The position numbers were made by a program, and so were the translations under genes. This document shows positions 45,696 through 57,300 of a stretch of 64,000 nt of DNA, one piece after another. The DNA lies in assembly GCA_950097015.1 (NCBI GenBank), contig CATNEN010000001.1:22134001-22198000 (forward strand), given 5' to 3'. How positions within the stretch are numbered: the stretch's first letter is position 1; every line of letters begins with the position of its first letter. This DNA is from Macrostomum hystrix. Taxonomy: Eukaryota; Animalia; Platyhelminthes. Under the pieces are notes generated by a model. It had not been told where the DNA came from, did not search any database, and saw only the letters and a list, made by a program, of their open reading frames with translations.

Positions 45696-46852
45696 TTACA
45701 TTCCGCGACCGCGGCCGCCTCGGTAGCCGCCGCTGGCGCCGCCGCGCTGCCAACCGCCGCCGTAGGGAGGTCGCTGCCAGCCGCCGCGGCCAATCTGCGG
45801 ACCGTAGCCGCCGCCGCCATATCCGCCGTAGCCGCCGTAGCCGTAAGCGTCCTGCTGCTGATAGGGATTGTAGCCATAGGCCTGCTGCTGATACTGGTAC
45901 TGTTGCTGCTGCTGCTGTCGCATGCGGATTCGCTGCATCTCCTCCCGGCTCAGGCCTTTGCGAACATCGACGCCGCAGTTCTTGACCCGGTGGGGCCGGT
46001 GCAGCACCGCCTTGTCCACGGAGTCGTAGTCGGAGAAGGTCACAAAGCCGAAGCCGCGACTGTCGCCGGTCTCCTTCACTCGGGCGATCTCGACCGACTC
46101 GATCTGGCCGAATTGGCCGAACTGTTCGCGAATCTCGTCCTCGGTGGCGTCCTTCGGCAGCGAGCCGACGAACAGCTTCGGTGTGGTGACGCGAAACTCC
46201 GGACGGTCGCCTTCGTCCCGCGGCATCGCCCGCTTCACTTCCACCTGCGAGACAAGTTCGGGATGGACGGTGAGAAAGATAGGCTTGGACAGCGAAGATC
46301 TGGGAACGTGGGGATTTTGTTGGGATAAATAACTGGGAGCCTGGGGATTTTGTTTGGATAAACAACTGGGAATGTGGGGATTTTGTTGGGATAAATAACT
46401 GGGAACGTGGGGATTTTGTTGGGAGAAATGATTATGAATGTGGGGATTTTGTTGGGATAAATAACTGGGAACGTGGAAATTTTGTTGAGATAAAATGTCG
46501 AGACTTGAATGATGGGGATTGTGGAATTTTGTTGACCGAAGTTATGAGATCGTTTGCCACAACTCGCCTCCTTTTCCTGAATAACATGAGGCCGCTTGGC
46601 CTGCACAGCGTTGACTGTCTCGGCCTCTTTGAAGGTAACAAAGCCGAAGCCCTTAGACCGCTGGGTGGCCGGGTTCTTGACGGCCACGCAGTCGACAACC
46701 TCACCGAACTTGGCAAAGTACTCGCGCAGTCCCTCTGTGCTCACGTCCGGGCTGAGGCCGCCGACGAAGATCTTGCGAAAGGCCTCGTCGCCGGGGTCTC
46801 GCGGCGCCAGCGCCGCCTGCCTGCCACCACCGTGAGCTCCGCCGAATACCAT
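45696..46852 (-). CDS. hnRNP A/B-type protein (2 RRMs + Q/G/Y-rich, RGG tail); exons 46568-46852 and 45696-46244
   Basis: KIFVGGL / KGFGFVTF and KLFVGSL / RGFGFVTF; GC-AG intron 46245-46567 restores RPHVIQEKE-VEVKRAMPR. Confidence 0.9.
46301..46495. repeat. 33-bp intronic tandem repeat
   Basis: Unit tgggaacgtggggattttgttgggataaataac, ~6 copies. Confidence 0.85.
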
Positions 46853-46985
46853 GATGATGCGAGTGGGCTGGCTGGAGCTCTGCGCTGCAATGCCAACAGG
46901 AAGGAGATTGGCTGCAGATCGGAGCTGCCGCGACTCGAAGGAACTCAATTGGTGGGAGGTGGGCGGCTATCGTTGACGGTGGCAT

Positions 46986-47283
46986 GGGATCATGGGAGCA
47001 GGGAACCACAGGTGAGTGGGATCTAGATCATGGGAGCAGGGAATCACAGAATGAGTGGGATCTAGATCATGAGAGCAGGGAACCACAGGTGAGTGGGATC
47101 TAGATCATGGGAGCAGGGAATCACAGGTGAGTGGGATCTAGATCATGGGAGCAGGGAACCACAGGTAAGTGGGATCTAGATCATTGGAGCAGGGAATCAC
47201 AGGTGAGTGGGATCTAGATCATGGGAGCAGGGAATCACAGGTGAGTGGGATCTAGATCATGGGAGCAGGGAATCACAGGTGAA
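46986..47283. repeat. 38-bp minisatellite
   Basis: Unit atctagatcatgggagcagggaatcacaggtgagtggg, ~8 copies. Confidence 0.93.
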
Positions 47284-48109
47284 TGGAGGCAATAGATGAC
47301 TGGGAAATGAGATCTGTGGATGATGAGGAATTAGGGTCTGTAGGTGATGTAGAAGTGGATTGAATCAGGAAATCATGGGCTATCTATAGGTGAAGATGGA
47401 AGTGTGAGATGTTGGTGGCGATGATGGCCTGTTAATAAAAGTACACATACGAATCTAGAAATGTACCATCTTGCAGATAAAAACAATAAACGACACTAAA
47501 ACAGATGCTGTATGACTCTTCTGTGTAATCACAACCCAAGTACATTATTTACAGATGCGTTATGAGAAATGACAATGCTACTCAGTACAAACAATTGAAT
47601 AAATGAAATTTAAAGTATATAATTAGGGAAATAGATAATCGTATATATTAATTAGCAAACAATGTATGCATACTAATTTTGTAACCAGCAGTTATCTGCT
47701 AGTCTACTAGTACGGTTTGATAGTACAGTAAAACAGAATATCGTAAAACTAGATTACAGTTAGCTATACTATAGCACGTCTAGCAGTGACACAATAAATT
47801 AAACACAGTCTGTGAGTATGCATATTTTTTACTCATCTATACTTGTACATTGTGAAGAAATACAAACGACACATTTCAATACCAGCTGGAATTATGCAGT
47901 AGAACAATAATTAATAATAAGTGTAATGAATAAAACAAATAGAGGCATTTTTACTAGTAACTATGAATTACAATTTAGCTTTGATTTGCTAATATACAAA
48001 TATGATTGCGGTACAGTGAGTCAAAATAAATGGAGTAGGTAGTAGAATATATCATATAGAGTCATAACAAAGTACATTTACTCATATCCACTTGAGTGTA
48101 CTGCTAAGG

Positions 48110-48522
48110 CAGGGGTCGGCAAACTTTTTAGCGAGCGGGCCACGGGGAGAACCTATAGGACGACAGCGGGCCGTACTAACTGTAGGAATATGAGAAAGGG
48201 GGGAGATGAGACACAGGATAGATGAGAAATGGGAGAGATGATAAATGGGAGAGATGAGACACCGGATAGACGAGAAATGGGAGAGATGAGACACCGGATA
48301 GACGAGACAGGGGAAGGATGAGCCAGAGATGAGAATAGATAAGACTGGAGAGAGACGGGAGACACGGCAGAGATGAGACAGGGGAGAGATAATTAGACAC
48401 AGGACAGATAAGACACTGGAGAGATGAGACAGGATACTATAAGTGGTGGAAGGGGCAACGGGCCAGATTTAGGGGCTTCGAGGGCCGCATCTGGCCCGCG
48501 GGCCGGAGTTTGCCGACCCCTG
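48110..48522. mobile_element. Non-autonomous hAT (Charlie/Buster-type) MITE
   Basis: Perfect 16-bp TIR CAGGGGTCGGCAAACT; 8-bp TSD TGCTAAGG (nnnTAnnn) at 48102-48109 and 48523-48530; GA-rich interior. Confidence 0.95.
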
Positions 48523-49690
48523 TGCTAAGGGTTAGCGCGAAAGGTATGTACATAAATAATAAATATGAATGCTGTTATTCGACCCGATCCTTCTGGATGT
48601 CTTATTAAGTGAAGTTCTTGGCGACAATCTGCAAACTATTCTGTGTATCCAACCCAATAGAGTAAATAACAGCAAGTCTTTGTCAGCCAGTAGACCAAGC
48701 TTTGTTTATTGGATATATAAACTAGTGTAAAATATATGCAAATTTAAACAAAATAAGTAAATAGAAATGTTTGCAAAAAACTGCAAGACTGAAAAAACAC
48801 GAAAGAGAGAAAAGGCAATACAATAAACTGGGATTGGAAAAAGCTTCTCAAATAGAGGGAAAGAGAGAGGGAGAGAGGTGAGGGATAATTAAATAACTCT
48901 CTCCCTCACTCTTGTGGCTCAGAACAGGCACGCAGCACTAAACAATGGACGGCCCCACCTCAACGCCAGTTTACTAAGCAAGCAGACTGAACGAACGAGG
49001 CTTGGAAGATTGCACTACACTAGCTACTGTGTTACTGTGTATTGACTGTTGTTACGAGCTAGATTTGTACATGTGGCAAAGCAGGTGCTTGCTTGATTTT
49101 AATGGCCAATGCTGCTCCTTACTGATCGATTTAAAGCAATTCAAAATCAAGATAAAAAGACAAGAACTGAGTAGTAAGTTGCAGAGAGCACTAGCAGAGC
49201 AATCAACAACCAAACTAGAACAGAACCAATAGAAATTGTTCTTGTAAGACAGGTTTCGAGGAAAAGATTGAAATCTCATGAAAATTGCCCGGCAATGACT
49301 TCTTAAGTCGCAATAAATTAATTACTAGATCATTAAAAACAAATCAATTATAAAAATTCTCTATCGCTAGCCTGTGCATTGATTCTAGTGAAACGCAAGT
49401 ACAAGGAAACCTTGATAGCTTGGAATCAGTTGGAGGGTACTAGCTGAACCAACTGATCTAGGCGTTATAATTAAGCATTGATGACTGCGATGCGTGTGGC
49501 ACCTGAAATTGCCAGGTCGTTAGTCTTGACTCTGATTAAGTGAATGTGACACAATCGGATAGACAAGGAGCCTCACCGGATTCAGGTAAACGCGCCTGTA
49601 TCAAACAATTCTTCAACTGGCGCAGGTGCCTGGACACACTGCAGCTTGTCTGTGATTGAGCGGCAGCGCTGCCACTGCCACTGCTGCTCC

Positions 49691-51047
49691 TTAGGTTGAG
49701 TTGCTGCGAGTCCTGTGAGGCGGCATCATGGAGTAGGGCGAGCTGCGGAATCCGCCCCAGCCTCCGCGTGCCATCGGGCCGAAGCCGCCACACTGATTGG
49801 GATAAAAGCCAAATCCTGGTCCCATCATACCCATCGGTCCCATGGGACCGGGTCCCATCATGCCCATGGGACCCATCGGTCCAGGTCCCATCATGCCCAT
49901 TGGGCCCATGGGTCCGGGTCCCATCATGCCCATTGGACCCATCGGACCGGGTCCCATCATGCCCATTGGACCCATTGGGCCTGGTCCCATCATGCCCATC
50001 ATGCCCATGGGACCATATGGACCCATCGGACCGGCCATGCCGTTCGGACCACCGAAACCGGCACCTCCAGACGGACCCTTCGACTTGCTAGATGCTTGCT
50101 GATTTTGATTCTTCCCATGCTGCTGCTGCTTCTGTTGCTGCTGATTCGGACCAGCGCCGGCACCGCCCATCATCGGCCCCATCATCATGTGCGGACCCCA
50201 GGGTCCCATTGGACAGGACTGCATGATCATGTTCGTTGGCATGCCGCCTCCGACACCACCACCGCCGCTGCCTCCGCCACTGGCGCTTCCACCGCCACCA
50301 CCTCGAGACTGTTGTTCGCGCAGATGGGCACTAGCCAGCTCTTCCTTGGTAAGGCCTTTCTTAACGTCCGTGATGCTGACAGACCCGCCAGCACGCAGCA
50401 GATGCGGCTTGTAGAGCATCACCTTGTCTACTGGGTCGTAGTCGTCAAAGACAACAAAGCCGAAGCCGCGACTGTCGCCGCTGGCGTTGTCCTTCACCAC
50501 GTAGGCGTCAACTACTGTGCCGTAGGCTGAGAAATAGTCTCTAAGCAGTTGATCAGTCACATCTTTGCGCAGTGCGCCAACAAAAAGCTTCTTGGTGGTG
50601 ATGTGAGCTTCGGGGTTGTTGGCCTCCTCACGTGGCATCGCTCGCTTGGTTTCCACCTGTGCAAGGCGATTTGGGTAGCAACTAATTGATGATGACTCTA
50701 ACACAGGTGGCCCGCTGACTGCGGCTAATTAACAACCAGAAAATGCATCATTTTCTAACCTGTCTACCGTCCAAAATATGCGGCCTATTTAACTGAGCAG
50801 CGTCAACATTTTCTCGATCTTTGAAGGTCAAAAATCCGTAGCCCTTGGATCGCTGAGTCTTGGGATCCTTGGGCACATTGCAGTGGAATACAGTGCCGTA
50901 CTGGCTAAAGTACTGGCGCAGACTGTCCGAAGTTACAGAAGGCGACAGGCCGCCAATAAACAGGCGGCAGCAGATGTCTTCGCGACTGCCGCCGCCGCCA
51001 CCGTGTGTGTCTTTGTGATTGGAATTCGAACCACCACCGTCATACAT
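49691..51047 (-). CDS. hnRNP A/B-type paralogue (2 RRMs + G/P/M-rich tail); exons 50760-51047 and 49691-50656
   Basis: RLFIGGL / KGYGFLTF and KLFVGAL / RGFGFVVF; GT-AG intron 50657-50759 at the same position as in the paralogue. Confidence 0.9.
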
Positions 51048-51174
51048 TGCTCTGTAGATGAAAGAAAATCACTGCTAATTGTTCTCTAAGACTCTGAGAA
51101 GGTTCGATTATAAATAGCGACTGCAACGCAAACAAGTGGTGAAATATTTGTTTTACTGTCTCTATCAGAGTCTC

Positions 51175-51592
51175 CCCTGTAAAAAATTCGGCTGCTTCTT
51201 CGGCGGGTTTTTGTGCAAAATAGGAGTGGAATCTACCAAAATCCCCCCCATCTCGCAAGAGTTAAAGAAACCACCCAGGAAGCAGCCGATATAACCGTAA
51301 ATTGTGCGGAAACCGCCGAAGAATCACCCGAACCAGTGGTCCATGGGACAATCAGAGAATTATTTACGGGCGATTCCTCGGCGGTTTCTGAGCATGGAAT
51401 CTTCCGAACTGGAGGATTCTTTGGGTGATTCCATTTCGTCACCAAGAAACACCGAGAAAACGCCCAGTTGGGTAGATTCTAAGCATGGAATCATCCGATT
51501 GGTATGTTTCCAGCGTTCGGTTCTTTCTTTTTCTGGAAACACCGCAGATTCCAACTGGAATCACCAAAGAAACATCCCTATTTTTTAGCGGG
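51175..51592. mobile_element. ~418-bp MITE-like dispersed repeat, copy 1
   Basis: Highly similar to 61929-62347; imperfect terminal inverted repeats CCCTGTAAAAAA / TTTTTTAGCGGG. Confidence 0.75.
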
Positions 51593-52002
51593 CCATAACT
51601 GTCTGTATTATGATTTTTAACAGGCGCTATATTAAAGCTATCAATGAAAGTTCTTAATTTGTGAGTAAAATGAATCAGAAAGCAATACACTGTGCTATAC
51701 AATTTAGATTTTCTGTTTATTTATCACTTGCTTAAAAATAGTAAAATACATAAAACTTTGAATAAAAAAAGTGAAGGCAAAAACACACAGAAAATGGCCC
51801 ACTGTGTCACCGGAAAGCAGATAAAATTAAAAATTAAATTATAAACCGATTCTACTAATAGTAAGTAGTAAGTAGATAAGAATATCTATGACATCATCTA
51901 GCTTAAATACTTGATGAGTATAAAAACATATGCCAAGTGCCAATATTTACAGACAGCCAATGAGGTTAACAAGTTCAACAACTGTCAGCTCGCTCTACAA
52001 AT

Positions 52003-52801
52003 TCACCACGCCTTGGCCCGGAATGAGCAGCCCTCAGTGAGGCGGGCTTTGCCGCCAGTTGGCTGGCAGAGCACAGTGCTGCAGCCTGAGCACACCACCA
52101 CGGTTTGAGCATGAGAGAAAATCACGCTTACTTTTATGCAACCTGCGGCAAGTTGAGAATTAACAGCGAGTATTATTAGATAGCGAAGATTAGTTGCGAT
52201 AGCCCGCTGTAATTCTTAAGTATTTTAAACATTACTCAAACCGAGAGGAAAGAGCTTGGACGAGTCAGCATTATGTGGGTCAATAAAATTAGCAGAGATG
52301 GGACCATGAGACAGGATGAGATAGGAGCATGAGATAGGATGAGATGGGAGCATGAGATAGGATGAGATGGGACCATTAGACAGGATGAGATGGAAGCATG
52401 AGGTAGGATGAGATGGGACCATTAGACAGGATGAGATGGGAGCATATGATAGGATGAGATGGGGGCATGAGATAGGATGAGATGGGAGCATGAGACAGGA
52501 TGAGATGGGAGCATGAGACAGGATGAGATGGGAGCATGAGACAGGATGAGATGGGGGCATGAGACAGGATGAGATGGGGGCATGAGACAGGATGAGATGG
52601 GAGCATGAGATAGGATGCCCTTAGACTGCCTGCCTGCTTGATAGTACAGTTGATTGAACAATCCAGCTAGCCCGACCCCAGCTCACCCGGGCACTTGACA
52701 TCGATGAAGCTGGAGTTAGGCGACTGAACCAGCCTCTTCTTCTTGTGCCGCCGCTTCTCCTGGCCTAGCGACGGATGCAGCAGATCCTTGGCGAGAGGCA
52801 T
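52003..52801 (-). CDS. RPS27: 40S ribosomal protein S27 (eS27), 84 aa; exons 52687-52801 and 52003-52142
   Basis: [84 protein letters not shown]; absent from the ORF track because both exons are short. Confidence 0.95.
52296..52617. repeat. 23-bp minisatellite in the RPS27 intron
   Basis: Unit gagatgggagcatgagacaggat, ~14 copies. Confidence 0.92.
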
Positions 52802-54345
52802 GCTTGATTGTTGTTTCTTGTGAGACTTTGAGGAAAGACTTCACTGGAGACAAACGGAGAGAGCAAGGCTTGAGAACTCCACCTCAAATGCTAGCTATAT
52901 ATAACTACTGGCAACTATTGTGACTCCGAACTGGCTTGCAACATATAGCGAAACGTTTTTTCGATTCCACTGTGAAATAACGACTGACATCACTACACAC
53001 TACTGACTGGAAGTATAGATAAGTAGATAGTAAGCAAGGAAATGAGATATAAGAAGCTAGCGCGAGATTTTATAATCTGTTTATCATTCCAGTACGTAAA
53101 GAAATCCCAGAAATAAATAGAGCTGTTTATTTGATAAAAAATGAAAGTCTAACAAAACTTTATACTCGCCCATTTTGGTGCCGAATACGGATAAAAGAAA
53201 TACAAGTTGTTTAGAATTTGTGATTATGTTGTTCCTCTATTTTACAGTCGTTACATTGGCGCAAGCTGTCAACTGTTTAAATCATACAACTCAAGGTGAG
53301 CAAAATGTGGCGCCTCACGCGTGCTAAAAACTGGAGAAAAGAAACATAAACAGGAGCAGAAAAATTGAACCTGGGTAGAAAACGCGAAAATAGCGGAAAT
53401 CCACTGAATTTTTACAAAAAATCCCATCCTACACAAAGACACAAATCCATCAACATTTGTGACTCTTGACTATGTAGAAAACGATTACTTAAACACCGGC
53501 CTACTAAATTGCTAAAATCTAAAATTATTATGAGCAATCATAGGTGGGAGGGCATTGTTAGCCGGGCTGATCGTGACAACTAGTTACACAGGGCAATATA
53601 ATTTTCTGGTGAATACAACAACAGGTGAAAACGAATAATTTTATTGTCTTTAAAAGTGAGCTGATGATATCCATAGCCTTAGTAATATAACATTGAACGA
53701 GTTGGACAGATAAAAATTGGCTACTGGAGGCGGGTGTTAAAAAACAGCATCATTACAGATCTGATAGAATAAAGATCAGCTCATGTATGTCGAAGTTAAG
53801 TAATAAAAACATCACAAAATATACAAATTTGAGCAAAGCTAAGAAATCAATGTAAGATTTTGTAGTGGGTGAGCATTAGTTCTCAAAATTTTGTGACTCT
53901 GCCTTTGCTAAGAAATATGGAGAACTTTACAAGCGATTCACTTTGGGGTGAAAACAGTGACAAGCTACACAAAAAAGTACCACTGACTAGTTCCAGTGCA
54001 CACTTGTACTCGAGTATAACATATGACAGTGCGAACAAAAGCATGCTGAGAATCGAACCGAGATGATAATTTTAGACAACTGTGTCGCCTATAAACATTA
54101 AACTAAAATAAACTTATGCACAGCAAAGTGATATGAATTGTGTGCCAATTATTCTAGTTTTGCCTTTCTCTCTAACCTACTAATTTTTAACCGAATATGT
54201 GTGCCAGCAATTATAAATTGGTGGACGTAAAACGAATGACTATGCGGGACATAAAACAGAGGAATAAGAATTCTACTAAATCAATAATAAAGGCCCCAAA
54301 AGTTTCTTGCGTGATGTAAGTAGCTAGTCACAAATAACAACGCAC

Positions 54346-57300
54346 TTAAACATAGCTCAAATTTGTATCTTCATCCATCGAACTGTTCGATCTTGAAGTC
54401 CGAGCAGCCGCAACCCACAGCTGCAGAGGATGGGGCAGCGCAGGTGGCGGCGATGGCAGCGGTGGAGGAGGCGGCGGTGGAAGAGGCAGAAAAGCATCGT
54501 CAGTTTCAACACCCACTTGTGCTGTTGGCGATTGTTCCACGATGTTGTGATACTGCCGACGACTGGCATTAAAGAAGTACTCAGGATTCTGGACAGTTGT
54601 GCAGGGTGGTAATGAATTCGGTGGTCGAGTCTGCGACGTTGCATCCTGACTAGCGTTAGAGTCAGCTCTGATAGGCGGCAGGTAATCATGGTCAGCGTTG
54701 CCAGAAGATGACTCGTCTGTAGGAGACAGATGCTCGTCGGCTGTGACCTTACATGGGTCAGATGTGTACTTGTTGTCATTATTTGAGGACGGTCGCGGCT
54801 TCTTAACATTGACGTACATCTGAGAACCTCTCGGATGGGTTCGTGGCTGTCTAGAAGAGCTACGACTAGCTGATGCGGAGGCGCCAGCTGCAACAGCAGA
54901 TGCATCTGCTGCGATGGCTTCACTGCTTTCATCAGCACTGTTGTTACTAGCAGACGGTTGCGACGTTGAAGTACCTGGTACTAGTAGCAGACTTAAGTCG
55001 CCTCGAAACACATCGTTCTCCATGTCTGTTGTGTCTAACGCTGAATAGTTGCAATCATCAACTTCGGCAGAAGCTAGCCGCTCAGAAGCACTAATATGAT
55101 TGACAGACGGAGACTTTGAGCTTTCTGAACGATGCTCAGTTGATGCACTCTCATTTGAAGGATTTCGGGCGTACTTATCGCCCTTGATATAAACATAGCG
55201 CCCCGGATCATGAGCCATCTTCTTAAAGGTAGCTTCAAGTTCATCAAAAGTTGGTCTTTGCGACTCGTTGAGCATCCAACATTTAATCATCAAGATGTAC
55301 ACGTCTAAAGTACAAATTGGCGGTTGTGGAAGGCGTTCACCTTTTTCCAAGTAGTCAGCAAGGTCAGCCGGCTTGACATTCACATATGGTGGGTCGCCGA
55401 ACATAAAGATCTCCCATAAAGTAACGCCATACGCCCAAACATCAGATTTGTGAGAAAACTTTCGGCTGACTAGACACTCAAGTGCTAGCCACTTTACTGG
55501 CAGCTTCCCACCAGATGCCTTGTACTCGTCGTTAGGGTTATCAAGCACCTTTGCTAAGCCGAAGTCTGTTATTTTGACGCATTTTGCCGAGGCGACTAGT
55601 ACGTTCCGACAAGCTAGATCACGATGAATGATGTTTCGCTGCTCAAGATAACCCATTCCACTAGCAATTTGAGAAGCATAGCGAAGTAAATGGCTGCTTC
55701 CGATTTGATCAGTATCTTTTCTAGCCCGCAGAAAGTCTCTCAAGTTTCCAAGTGGCATGAACTGTGTAATAAGCTGAAGCGGCTGTGCCATACATATTCC
55801 AACTAGACGAACACAGTGAGGATGTTCAACTGAAGCCATAATTCGACTTTCTTCTAGTAGTTCACTGGACACGTTGGAGTCTCCGATTGAGTCTGATAGA
55901 ATTTTTATGGCGACGGATATTTTCTTGTTTTCACCATCTGGAAACCACTCTCCTCTAAAAACTGTGCCGAAAGCTCCAGAACCAACTTCCTGGCCTCTGG
56001 AAATTTCTTTTTCTGAAATAGTTCGTAGCACAGCTACATTTGGGACCGTGTTTGTAACATTCAGTGGCTCCATATCCTCGTCCCAGACTCCGATAATCCG
56101 AGATTTCTTCCTTGAATTTCGACTGCGCTGTCTGAACCAATAGCATGAAACGACGATACAGGAGAATAGCAGAAGGACAACAAAGACAGCGAATCCGATT
56201 TGGAATGCTGTTATTTTAGCTGCTTTATGCCGCTCTCTTTCTTCAACAGAATTGGTTGGATTGCTTGAGCACGTCATGCCAAGATTTTCGAAGGAGACTG
56301 CATGTGGCTGAGTGTCTGGGCAGCTGCTGACGCAAGTAAACCTAGTATTTGTACTATTAATACCGTCCGGAAAGTATGTGTACACACGATCATCACATTT
56401 ATAACATTCTGAATCAGTCGGTCCAGAGCATTTAGAGCAGTGCTGGGCGCATGGCTTGCAGATTTTTTCTTGTTCGACAAGGAAATAGCCACCAGGGCAT
56501 TCAGACCCGCTTGTGCACTGAATCTGGCTGCGCTCTAAATCTTTCTTTAACTCAACACTGAAGTACTTACATTCAGTACAAATTCCCGGAGCTCCACGAC
56601 ACTTTTTACATTGGTCTGCACATCGCAAACAAATTGACACAGATAGAGTCGTTGATTTAAGAATCTGAAGAATTTCAGGGAAGTCAACTACATGACTTTG
56701 GTCTAGGACAGCAACATAAAACCCATCGGGACATGGTTCTCGGGCATTTAAACATGTCAATATCCGTACTCCTGTTTTATCAAGCTCAGGAAGAACTCTT
56801 GCGCAAAATTGACATCCACCATGGCCAACAAAAGATCCATTTCCAGAGCACGTTGGGATGTTGTTTTTTTGATTGAGACATAACTTTGAGCAGTTCCGAC
56901 AAATTCGATTAGAATCAGAATACTGAGTTCGGATAGAACATTCTCTGACGCACTTAGTTTCATCACGAAATGCGGCAGGAACACAATCTGTGCAATCGTC
57001 ATCGTTCGGACCAAAGCATTTCGAACATAACACTGAACACCGACTGCAATGATTCTCAAGAATGGGTTGTGTAGAACTTATTGAAGTAGTCAGAGAATGA
57101 TTAAACCAACCGCTTGCAGAACTGCAATCTGAAATACAATGCTGTCCGGCCTTGGCGCGTGAGCACTTGACACAGTGGTTTGCTAACGGGCCCCAGCAGC
57201 CATACGATGAATCGCATTCTTCGTGACACTTGTCTAGTTCAGCCGGGCACATTTTTTGAAAAAATCCGTTTTGGATCTTTCTAAAAAAATTTCCTGTTCT

